This document shows positions 1 through 8,014 of a stretch of DNA of 64,000 nucleotides, in pieces. Position 1 is the stretch's first letter; every line of letters begins with the position of its first letter. Made by a program: the position numbers and the translations under genes. Where the stretch lies: positions 264,538-328,537 of the forward strand of contig MGPE01000002.1 in assembly GCA_001797335.1 (NCBI GenBank). Direction: 5' to 3'. Source of the DNA: Deltaproteobacteria bacterium GWA2_38_16 (GTDB lineage Bacteria; Bdellovibrionota; JACOXK01; 2-02-FULL-40-11). The notes below the pieces were generated by a model, which was given only the letters and a program-made list of their open reading frames with translations, did no database searches and was not told the origin of the DNA.

Positions 1-312
1 GGGAAGCCCACCTTCTTCTTCATCTGGAGGAATAAAATCTTCATCGTTGTCTGGAGCTTTTGCTTTGGCTTCTTCATCGCAATCAAAGTCAGCTCCTTTT
101 ACTTTTCCCCCATGAGATTTACAACAGTTCTCCCACACTTCCGGATCATCTTTACTTTTACTCGATGTTGCACATTGTGCCAGTGGATCCGCTTTTTTCT
201 CTTTCTTCGTCACTTCTTTCTGAGACGTCCCCTTTTTAGCAAACACAGGACCAGAGAAAATAAACGCCCCTACCCATACAAAGAGAAATAGCCAGAAATA
301 CTTTTTCTGCAT
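1..312 (-). CDS. secreted Lys/Cys/acidic-rich protein, N-terminal part (gene continues beyond window start)
   Basis: Minus-strand ATG at 312-310 opens a frame that stays open to nt 1 (104 codons); it is absent from the ORF track because there is no in-window stop. N-terminus MQKKYFWLFLFVWVGAFIFSGPVFA is a typical Sec signal peptide; the rest is low-complexity with several Cys. Confidence 0.35.
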   Translation of the reverse strand, partial: MQKKYFWLFLFVWVGAFIFSGPVFAKKGTSQKEVTKKEKKADPLAQCATSSKSKDDPEVWENCCKSHGGKVKGADFDCDEEAKAKAPDNDEDFIPPDEEEGGLP

Positions 313-324
313 GGCTATCCTCAA

Positions 325-543
325 TTAGTTTGTGGTGGCAGGAGGTTCTTCTGTCGGTTGCTCTGGAGCAGCACCTGTTTGTGTGCCAGGTTGTGCTTCC
401 GTAGGTGTTGTGGCCTCACCCGTTACGGGTTGTTCTATTTGCGTTGTTTCTTGAGCAGGCTGTTTCTTATTGCGAAGCGTAAACGCTACGGCAACAACAA
501 TTAAGAGTACAATCACTGCTATGATCATGTTCTTTTTATCCAT
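325..543 (-). CDS. small Pro/Thr/Gln-rich membrane-anchored protein (72 aa)
   Basis: ORF track; N-terminal hydrophobic helix IIAVIVLLIVVAVAF followed by a PT-rich tail; sits 12 nt upstream of the partial secreted-protein gene (1..312) on the same strand. Confidence 0.3.
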   Translation of the reverse strand: MDKKNMIIAVIVLLIVVAVAFTLRNKKQPAQETTQIEQPVTGEATTPTEAQPGTQTGAAPEQPTEEPPATTN

Positions 544-639
544 GGTTTTCTCCTTTTAAAAAGCAACATTAACGATATCTATTTTCCTTGTCAAGAATAT
601 TACCTTTTTTGACGATAAGGGGTATAGAGTAAGCATCCT

Positions 640-1941
640 ATGTCCGAGCAAACTGACAAAATAAAAAAAAGCTTATCTTATTCTATCGTGGATGGCGTTT
701 TTTTTACCGTTATGCTGGGATGTGGAGAGCGATTTTTTATTCCCTTTGCCTTAATGCTTGGAGCCAATTATTTTGAAATTGGACTTACGGTTTCTCTCCC
801 CATCTTGGTAGGCTCTCTCTCACAATTTGTCAGCTTACATCTTCTAGAAAAAGTCAGCAGTCGAAAAAAGATTGTCACCCGCGGCGTATTTCTTCAAGCT
901 CTCACCCTTCTTCCCATGATGCTTTTATATTTTATTTCAGACCATCAAGTACCTCTCTTTATTTTCCTTTATATTTTATATTTTGTCTCCGGACATATTA
1001 TTTCTCCTGCCTGGAACAGCTGGATGGGAGATTTAGTCGATCTTCAATCCAGAGGTAGTTATTTTGGGCGAAGAAATAAAATCATGGAAACTTCTACGCT
1101 CATTACCTTTGTTCTGGCGGGAAGTTTTTTGCACCTCATGAAAGGAAAAGGAAATGAGACTCTAGGATTTTTAGTGCTCTTTGCCATAGCTCTTATTGGC
1201 CGCCTTATTTCACACCATTTTTTAAATAAAAAATATGAACCCTATTTTGAAGTAAAATCTGAATCTAAATTTACCTTTATTCAGTTCCTACAAAAAATCA
1301 CAACCACTAATTTTGGGCATTTTGTCTTTTTTTCTGTGCTTATGAATTTTTCGTTTTATGTATCTGCCCCTTACTTTACACCTTACATGCTTCAGGACCT
1401 TCACTTTAGTTATTTTCAATATATGATTATTAATGCTTGTAGTATGGGATCGCGTCTTATTTTTATGCCCATTTGGGGACGCTATTCCGATCGATATGGC
1501 ACCCGAAAAATTTTAATTTTATCCGCCTCGTTTCTCCCGCTAACCGTACTGCTATGGCTTTTTTCCAATAATTTTTATTTTATTGCTTTTTTACATGTCA
1601 TGGCTGGATTTGTGTGGTCTGGGTTTGAGCTTTCTTCTTTTACTTTTATCTTAGATAGCACCTCTTCTGAAAAACGAGCTCGTTGTGTGGCCTATTATAA
1701 TGTGCTCAATGGAATTTTTATACTCCTTGGAAGTTTATTGGGAAGCTTACTCATAAAATTTCAAATTTTTCATGCACCGTTTGTGTTCACTGCTTTTTTT
1801 GGATCGTTTATTTTAAGGACCTTGTTTGCCGCCATTTTCTTACCCCAGCTTAAAGAGGTAAGAAAAGTCGATCCCATTTCCTATCCCAAACTCTTCACCT
1901 ATATTATTCTTCGCCCCCTTAAAAAAGTCAGCGGTTTTTAG
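640..1941 (+). CDS. MFS-type 12-TM transporter
   Basis: 433 aa with ~12 hydrophobic segments; loop 2-3 motif GDLVDLQSRGSYFGRR resembles the MFS signature; RBS-like taagg upstream. Confidence 0.5.
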   Translation: MSEQTDKIKKSLSYSIVDGVFFTVMLGCGERFFIPFALMLGANYFEIGLTVSLPILVGSLSQFVSLHLLEKVSSRKKIVTRGVFLQALTLLPMMLLYFISDHQVPLFIFLYILYFVSGHIISPAWNSWMGDLVDLQSRGSYFGRRNKIMETSTLITFVLAGSFLHLMKGKGNETLGFLVLFAIALIGRLISHHFLNKKYEPYFEVKSESKFTFIQFLQKITTTNFGHFVFFSVLMNFSFYVSAPYFTPYMLQDLHFSYFQYMIINACSMGSRLIFMPIWGRYSDRYGTRKILILSASFLPLTVLLWLFSNNFYFIAFLHVMAGFVWSGFELSSFTFILDSTSSEKRARCVAYYNVLNGIFILLGSLLGSLLIKFQIFHAPFVFTAFFGSFILRTLFAAIFLPQLKEVRKVDPISYPKLFTYIILRPLKKVSGF

Positions 1942-2314
1942 AAAACAGTTACACTAATAAAAACCAAGATTCAGAATACACTAAGTCATGTTGGTATGGT
2001 CATCCCGAACGAAGTGAGGGATCTCCAATTTTTAGTTAGATTGGTATGGCGACTGACGAACGGACTAAGAGAGGGTTCAAGTAGATATTTTTCGGTTGTT
2101 TTCTCAGTCCAGATCAAAGCGACGTGTCTTTATTTTTTACAAATTTCTCTTTTGTAGCATCTGTACCAAAAATTATTAATGCTCCATTCAGAAAAATTTT
2201 CGACGGTAAACATCAGGATGACAAATAGCCTAAAAATGGCCCTTTATCCAGGTGGTATAGACGCCTAAACAAAGTTAAGAGATTAAAATATTTTGTTTAT
2301 CTTTGACCTGACAA

Positions 2315-2557
2315 TTACCAAAGTTTAAGAAAAGTCACTACCGTACCAACCCCCTGACGAACTTCATACTCAACTCTTTCATAAATAACACCTTTTGAGG
2401 TTTGGCATTTATATCCAATAGGAGCCATTCTTAAGTCTAAGGTAGAATTATTACACAATTTAATTATGTCTACATTCTCTTGGGCATAAACTGGACTAAG
2501 AGAAAAACTACTTACCAATGTCATTAAAATGAAATATACAATACCTTTTGAACTCAT
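2315..2557 (-). CDS. small secreted protein (80 aa), unknown function
   Basis: ORF track; N-terminal signal peptide MSSKGIVYFILMTLVSSFSLSPVYAQE. Confidence 0.3.
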   Translation of the reverse strand: MSSKGIVYFILMTLVSSFSLSPVYAQENVDIIKLCNNSTLDLRMAPIGYKCQTSKGVIYERVEYEVRQGVGTVVTFLKLW

Positions 2558-2684
2558 AATTCCTTTTTAATACGGCATTGACCACAGTGCTTCATCTGAA
2601 AGCTCTTTTTAAAACAGAAAATTTTATTCTGTACCAAAGAGCCAATTCCAAAATGATTCTGATTTTTCTGGCTCTTTAGCCTCC

Positions 2685-3548
2685 TCAGTTTTTTTTATGT
2701 AAATCTGCTTCTGTTAACGCTTGTATTTGTATTTCTCCTTCGAAATAATAGGGAGTTTCACGTCCCCCTACTACATACTTTTCGCTAAATTTATATTGAA
2801 ATGCCCCATCAAAATAAAAATGAAACGGATCTTCGTTTGTTAATAGGTAAAGAAATTTTTCTGGAGCTTTATCCTTCAAAAAATCCCACGGTGATTCTTT
2901 AGCCTGAATAAATTGATCATAAACTCCTAAGAAGCTATTTGTGCCAGCGTAACCTCTAAATCTATAAGAAGTCTGGTGGTATTTTTCGGCCAAATTAAGA
3001 TCCATAAGCTGAAGATCAAGTTCATTCCGTATAATGAGATGGTATCTCGTAGAATAATGAATACTAAATTCAACCTCATTTATTAAATATATATTGAAAT
3101 GCAGGTAAGGAAAAGGTGTAATATCATTCCACCTGCGGTACATTTTAGGAATTTCATTGAACATAGACTCCTCTAAACCCTCCATAAAATTCCTAAATTC
3201 TTCTACTTTATTCAAATTTGGGAATAATATTATGTGTTTTATTTCAAACAAGTAAGCATTGATATTAGAATAGGGCGGAATGTAGCTTTCACTTGAAGAA
3301 TTTACAATCCTCACATCTTGATGTGTACCCAACCAAGTTGAGACAGCATGTTCAAAAAAATATTGCGATTGATTAAATGTCTCACGCTGCTCTCTTAGTA
3401 TTTGAATATCTATTATAAAAAAGCGCTGCTCATTAGCTACTGCTCGGTTGTTATTCTCAGTGGTTCCTTGTGAAAATCCACAAACTGAACTAAGCATCAG
3501 ATATCCTATGGCAATGAAGTAAATGATTGTCTTGTTAAGTCCTACCAT
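2685..3548 (-). CDS. secreted protein (287 aa), unknown function
   Basis: ORF track; signal peptide with Cys near the cleavage site (LMLSSVCGFSQG), so possibly a lipoprotein; no recognizable catalytic motifs. Confidence 0.4.
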   Translation of the reverse strand: MVGLNKTIIYFIAIGYLMLSSVCGFSQGTTENNNRAVANEQRFFIIDIQILREQRETFNQSQYFFEHAVSTWLGTHQDVRIVNSSSESYIPPYSNINAYLFEIKHIILFPNLNKVEEFRNFMEGLEESMFNEIPKMYRRWNDITPFPYLHFNIYLINEVEFSIHYSTRYHLIIRNELDLQLMDLNLAEKYHQTSYRFRGYAGTNSFLGVYDQFIQAKESPWDFLKDKAPEKFLYLLTNEDPFHFYFDGAFQYKFSEKYVVGGRETPYYFEGEIQIQALTEADLHKKN

Positions 3549-3816
3549 ACGTTTATTTCTCCTATTCTTCTTTATACTTCTCCATCAAAAGTAGCTAGCA
3601 CTTATCATAGAAACTACTAATTTGGAAGTACTATATTTGTATCCATTAAGAAGTCTGGATTTGTCTTCTTGGAAAAATCAATAGCGGCTTTTAAATGATG
3701 TTTCTCGTAATCCTATGCAAAAAAATAAGATACGTGTATTTTGGACTTGCTTTTTTTACAGGTGTTTTCTTGAGGGTGCCATCTGAGTGCCTTTTTTGGA
3801 AGAGACTAAACAGGGT

Positions 3817-4098
3817 TCAATCAGATGTAACCTTTTTGGCTTTCTGCGCCAGATAATGCTGGTTAAGTGCCTGCCTTACCAGAAGTTTAATCACTGCCTG
3901 GCGACTCACATTTAAGTTTTCTGCTGCATCATCCAGTTCTTTGAGCATGTTTCTGGTCACATCCAGATTGACCCTCTGTATGGCAGGAGGCATCATTTTA
4001 CCTTTATTTGTAAAATGTCTTGAAATATCTTTCCCTTTTTCTGCTTCCCGGGCAATAGCTGTTGCAGAAATCATTCTTTTTTTAAGAGTTTTCTTCAT
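3817..4098 (-). CDS. brnA: BrnA-family antitoxin (ribbon-helix-helix)
   Basis: C-terminal RVNLDVTRNMLKELDDAAENLNVSRQAVIKLLVRQAL matches the BrnA RHH signature (R-V-N-L-D ... G-V-S-R-Q-A-L-I-K); immediately downstream of a BrnT-like gene, which is the canonical toxin-first order. Confidence 0.6.
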   Translation of the reverse strand: MKKTLKKRMISATAIAREAEKGKDISRHFTNKGKMMPPAIQRVNLDVTRNMLKELDDAAENLNVSRQAVIKLLVRQALNQHYLAQKAKKVTSD

Positions 4099-4134
4099 AA
4101 AGTTTCTTTTCCTCCTTTGTAGATTTCCAAAGTG

Positions 4135-4356
4135 TTACAAGATGGTGATAGTTTCCTTCATCATCTTCTCTTTCTCTTCGTAAATAACCGAATAGAGCTT
4201 TCCCTTTACCCAGCCAATAGCTCTCCACTGTTCAGGGCAATCGTCTCTTTGGTCTAAGTAATAGGGGTGCATCCATATTTCTTGAGCTTCTTCAAATCCG
4301 ATACCTCTTCTCTTCCTAAGCCATTTACTCTTATTTTTATCGAACTTAAATCTCAC
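4135..4356 (-). CDS. brnT: BrnT-family toxin (DUF497 ribonuclease-like)
   Basis: RFKFDKNKSKWLRKRRGIGFEEAQEIW...AIGWVKGKLYSVIYE matches the BrnT F-x-W-D-x-x-K-x-x-x-N-x-x-K-H-G-(V/I)-x-F-x-E-A core. The ORF-track start (TTG at 4395) adds a hydrophobic leader; GTG at 4356-4354 gives a canonical-length ~73-aa toxin. Paired with brnA 36 nt downstream. Confidence 0.55.
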   Translation of the reverse strand: MRFKFDKNKSKWLRKRRGIGFEEAQEIWMHPYYLDQRDDCPEQWRAIGWVKGKLYSVIYEEKEKMMKETITIL

Positions 4357-4466
4357 AATTATAATGGTATAACAGTTATACCTAAAAATCAACAAAAAAA
4401 ACGTGCTTTATTTTTAAGCATATCTATTGTATATATAAGTCCCCATAAAAATGGAGCATCATCATA

Positions 4467-5531
4467 ATGAATTTAAAACATTGTTCTTTTCTATTAATTT
4501 TAGGTCTATTGTTAATTAACACTTCTTCTTTTTCGCAGAACAGTTCCAGTGAAATTCCTTATCCAGAGGGAATGGAAATAGACCATGGAAGTGAAGTCCA
4601 AACCACCCCTTCTTGGGATCTTCCAATCCCAAAAGAGTTTCAAAAAAATGAGCCTAATTTTATAGATAGAGTGACTTTAAACGCATGGGGCTTTGTTTCA
4701 GGATCAGCAAAAGCTCTTGGGCATATGGTCAGTGATCCATTTTTCCAGCTCTATGATACGACAACAGGGCTTTATTATTATTTTACAAATAACTGGGAAG
4801 CCGCCTATGTTTGGGAGCCAAAAAGTGCTACTTGGCAAGCCTGGAAACAGGGGATGAGCCCTGGAGAGCAACTCTATACAGCGGGTGCAGGAATCATACA
4901 TTTACCTTGGGAACTTTTAGAGGCCATAGATTCTGGGGATGCCGAAAAAGTAGGGTCTGCTTTAACCAATATTGTGGCCATTGCACTTCCTGTGGGGCGC
5001 GGTTTAAATAAAATAAATTTTCCAGCACGAACATTAGAGTTTATTCCCACAGTACAAAAAGATGGGGTGATGGCGTTAGCAGCCGTTACTGCAAAAACCA
5101 TTTCCATTGAAGGAGTAGAAATTGCTCAAGGAACCTTAGTTGCTATGGTTTCTGAAATGAATAGTGGCATGGGAGGAGGAGCGACAGCGGGTAGAAAAGA
5201 TGATGATTATAAAGATGCTCATGGTTCTTATCGTTCAGATGCTTGCATGGATCCAAAGCTTGAATTGTTCACATTTAGTGATTTGTTTTCTAGAAAAAAA
5301 AGCATGTTTTGTAGAGGACTGTTTAGGGATATAGCGGATAAAAAAATAGAAGTTATTCACCAGTATATAGAATCTGGCCTGGGAAGCTTTGATGGGGATA
5401 TAGAAATGGGAATTATTGTAGATACAAACACCGGAAAAGTACTTGGACGTTATAAAGCTCCAAGTCATAAGATGAACTTACTTAGAGTAGAGATTAAAAT
5501 GGGGCCCAATGGTTGGTTCTATAATAATTAG
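4467..5531 (+). CDS. secreted protein (354 aa), unknown function
   Basis: Signal peptide MNLKHCSFLLILGLLLINTSSFSQ; Gly/Ala-rich middle; distinct C-terminal ~110 aa module. No motifs I can assign. Confidence 0.45.
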   Translation: MNLKHCSFLLILGLLLINTSSFSQNSSSEIPYPEGMEIDHGSEVQTTPSWDLPIPKEFQKNEPNFIDRVTLNAWGFVSGSAKALGHMVSDPFFQLYDTTTGLYYYFTNNWEAAYVWEPKSATWQAWKQGMSPGEQLYTAGAGIIHLPWELLEAIDSGDAEKVGSALTNIVAIALPVGRGLNKINFPARTLEFIPTVQKDGVMALAAVTAKTISIEGVEIAQGTLVAMVSEMNSGMGGGATAGRKDDDYKDAHGSYRSDACMDPKLELFTFSDLFSRKKSMFCRGLFRDIADKKIEVIHQYIESGLGSFDGDIEMGIIVDTNTGKVLGRYKAPSHKMNLLRVEIKMGPNGWFYNN

Positions 5532-5569
5532 TAATTGTGGTTGGCTATGGTTTAATTTTTTGAACTTTC

Positions 5570-5663
5570 AATAACTGCCTTTTCGACGGTGGTTATATGC
5601 ACTTCAAATTTAAGAGCGATCGGCCTAGACTTTGGAATGGGAACGATGGGCTGTTTGTTATCC
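5570..5663 (+). repeat. ~95-bp intergenic repeat, copy A (direct repeat partner of 7061..7155)
   Basis: Direct read-off: ~77% identity to copy B over ~94 bp with a perfect 21-bp core AGACTTTGGAATGGGAACGAT; both copies start just after a stop codon. Confidence 0.7.
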
Positions 5664-5860
5664 TGTTTTTCTTGGACAGGTGTTTAAAGCTTCGTAAGGC
5701 GGGATGCATATTTGAGATGGACTAGAGCATTAACGTAGGAAGGCATTTTTTAAGAAAAAATATTAATATCGCTGATCGAAAAGTTAAAAGCGACAGATTT
5801 TGAAGTAGATGTTTTTATTCTAGAAATATTGATAAATCTAGGGTATTTCTTTCTCTACAG

Positions 5861-6664
5861 ATGTCACAATATATACATGGAAGTAGTCAAGACGAACAAG
5901 AACGTTTAGAAATTCAACATGGGTTGATTGGTGGAAAAGCATTTCTCCCCCCACTCACTGCCAAGATGTGGGTATTGGATGTGGGGTGTGGTACGGGAAT
6001 TGTGGCTCGAGAAATTTCTCCTTCAGTGGAGCTGGGTAAAGTCATTGGAATAGACATCCAAGAAAAACAAATAAATAGAGCTATCCAAAGAGCTAATAAA
6101 GAAGGACTTTCCAATGTAAAATTTCAAATAGGTAAAGCTAGATGTCTTGAGTTCTTAGATGAAACTTTTGATGTGGTATACTGTCGTTTTCTTTTGGAAC
6201 ATGTTTCTAGTCCTCTCTCAGTTATCAGAGAAATGATACGAGTAACAAAACAAGGGGGACTCATTATTGCTTGTGAATGTAAAGTGGATTGTTGCTCCGC
6301 AACCATGCCTTCTCTCCCACATGTGAAATCAGCTTTAAACGCTCTTTATAAACTACAGACCATGAATGGAGGAAATCCTCATATTGGTGAAAAGCTTGGC
6401 AATCTCTTTCAAGAGGCAGGTTTAATAGATATTAAAGAGGATATATTAATTTCAAGTCTTGAAACTCCTGATCAAATCAAACAATATGCGATGGGGGGTA
6501 GCCGACTGCTGAAAGCATCTGAAAGAGAACTCCTGAAAAATGGGCTCCTATCTCAAGAAGCTCTTAATCAAGCGTATGGTGAATGGGAAAAGTTTTCTGT
6601 TATTCCTCAAGCCAAGGCTTCTTTCAAGCTATGCCGTGTCCAAGGCATTCGTCCAGAAAAGTAA
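5861..6664 (+). CDS. class I SAM-dependent methyltransferase
   Basis: Motif I VLDVGCGTGIVAR; post-I acidic residue GIDI; motif II DVVYCRFLLEH; 267 aa typical of small-molecule methyltransferases. Confidence 0.7.
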   Translation: MSQYIHGSSQDEQERLEIQHGLIGGKAFLPPLTAKMWVLDVGCGTGIVAREISPSVELGKVIGIDIQEKQINRAIQRANKEGLSNVKFQIGKARCLEFLDETFDVVYCRFLLEHVSSPLSVIREMIRVTKQGGLIIACECKVDCCSATMPSLPHVKSALNALYKLQTMNGGNPHIGEKLGNLFQEAGLIDIKEDILISSLETPDQIKQYAMGGSRLLKASERELLKNGLLSQEALNQAYGEWEKFSVIPQAKASFKLCRVQGIRPEK

Positions 6665-6665
6665 A

Positions 6666-7058
6666 ATGTCATCTCGCGTGCAACATATCCTTACAATTCT
6701 CGCAGTGAAAAACTTACCGAAATCTATTTCCTTTTATACCGAGGTATTTGGATGGGAACAAATTGTTAATGTTCCGGTTTATGCAGAATTTAAAATACCA
6801 GGAGGAATGCGTTTAGGACTTTATGAGCGTAAAAGTTTTGCTCTAAATGTAGGAAAAGTTCCCATATGCACTATTACCAATGAACTGGCTCCAACGGAGC
6901 TTTATTTTTATGTAGATGATATTGAAGTCGCCATTGGTAAGTTCAAAAAAGCAAAAGCTATGGTACTCAGTGAATTATCACGCCGTGATTGGGGTGATGA
7001 AGCCGCATATTTTGCAGATCCAGATGGAAACGTTATTGTCTTAGCTCATCCTCTTTAA
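6666..7058 (+). CDS. VOC-family (glyoxalase/bleomycin-resistance/dioxygenase fold) protein
   Basis: ~130 aa starting MSSRVQHILTILAVKNLPKSISFYTEVFGWE, the typical VOC beta-alpha-beta-beta-beta start; C-terminal YFADPDGNVIVL motif. The ORF-track start at 6540 overlaps the methyltransferase and is unlikely; ATG 6666 is 1 nt after the methyltransferase stop. Confidence 0.6.
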   Translation: MSSRVQHILTILAVKNLPKSISFYTEVFGWEQIVNVPVYAEFKIPGGMRLGLYERKSFALNVGKVPICTITNELAPTELYFYVDDIEVAIGKFKKAKAMVLSELSRRDWGDEAAYFADPDGNVIVLAHPL

Positions 7059-7060
7059 AC

Positions 7061-7155
7061 AATAACTACCGTTATCAGAGTGGAAGTATACACTTCAATT
7101 TTCCGAGTGATCTGCCCAGACTTTGGAATGGGAACGATAGGTTATTTGTCATCTT
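7061..7155 (+). repeat. ~95-bp intergenic repeat, copy B
   Basis: See copy A. Begins 3 nt after the VOC gene stop. Confidence 0.7.
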
Positions 7156-7263
7156 ATGAGTGATGTAAACCTCGAGATCCTTCGGGCTTTGCCCTCAGGA
7201 TGACAAAAGTCCACATACCTACCAGTTATCTGCTTTTAAAAATTGCCCGAATTTTAAATATAT

Positions 7264-7289
7264 CGGACGGTTTTCCGTCCGCGTTTTTT
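7264..7289 (+). terminator. rho-independent terminator
   Basis: CGGACGG-tttt-CCGTCCG perfect 7-bp GC-rich stem followed by CGTTTTTTG. Confidence 0.6.
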
Positions 7290-7334
7290 GACATTTGAGT
7301 TCAAATCCCCTGGCACAAGGATTGCATATGCTTT

Positions 7335-7962
7335 GTGCCGATGTGCCCACATGCTAAATGCAAAGATTTTTATACAGATGAAGAATTGAGTAGTATTCGA
7401 AAGGCTTGGATCAAAGAGAAGTCTCGTATTGATGAAGATTGGGTTCGATTTGGATATAATTATGATCGAGATGTAGAATATAAAAGATGTTTACATGAGG
7501 GAGATTTTACTTTATATCCACATATTAAAAGTTTGGTTTTGGATGTTTATCGGAGGGTCGTAGAATATGGCTATTACTCAAAGTCAAAAAAAGAAGAAAA
7601 AAGTGCCAGAGTTAAATTGGCCAAGGTGGTCTCCCGGTATTTCTATGAACGAATTAGACCAAAAAGATAATCCCGTTATGCAGTTTAAAAATGGTACCAC
7701 TGTATATGAATCAGATCTAGAAAATCTACCTGAATTTGATTGGGATAATCCTAAAAATAAACAATGGATTGAAGAGGAAAAAGAAAAGTCTAGAAAGTAT
7801 TACGAAAAGCATTTTAATGGATGGAGCGAGAAAGATCTTCATGATTTTGTGAATTATAAATTAAAGCTTTCTAAGAATAAACCTGAATTACATTGGCAAA
7901 AAATTCATCAAATAGCACTAAAAATTTTTAAAGCAAAAATCAAAAACCGAAAAGATCATTAG
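7335..7962 (+). pseudogene. Lys/Glu/Trp-rich hypothetical protein split by a frameshift at an A7/A6 tract (two overlapping ORFs 7335..7670 and 7567..7962)
   Basis: Both frames are open across 7564-7670. The shift point coincides with caaaaaaagaagaaaaaag (7585-7603). Both halves share the same unusual composition (KE-rich, many W/Y), suggesting one ~210-aa gene. Confidence 0.3.
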
Positions 7963-8014
7963 AAAAATAGAGGGCATTGCAAAAATCACTCTTCTCTGGT
8001 AAGAATACCCATCT

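Noticed and set aside
3941-4467. Plus-strand ORFs 3941..4183 and 4267..4467 antisense to brnA/brnT
   Set aside because: They overlap the well-supported TA genes on the opposite strand and are low-complexity and hydrophobic: shadow ORFs.
6540-6665. 5' extension of the VOC ORF (ORF-track start 6540)
   Set aside because: The extension overlaps the last 125 nt of the methyltransferase gene in another frame and lacks the VOC fold start. ATG 6666 right after the methyltransferase stop gives a canonical ~130-aa VOC protein.
7296-7312. GAGTTCAAATCCCCTGG, resembling a tRNA T-loop/T-stem (GTTCAAATCC)
   Set aside because: No complementary T-stem, no acceptor stem, D-arm or anticodon arm can be built around it. 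It lies between a terminator and a start codon, so it is most likely a chance match or a degraded fragment.
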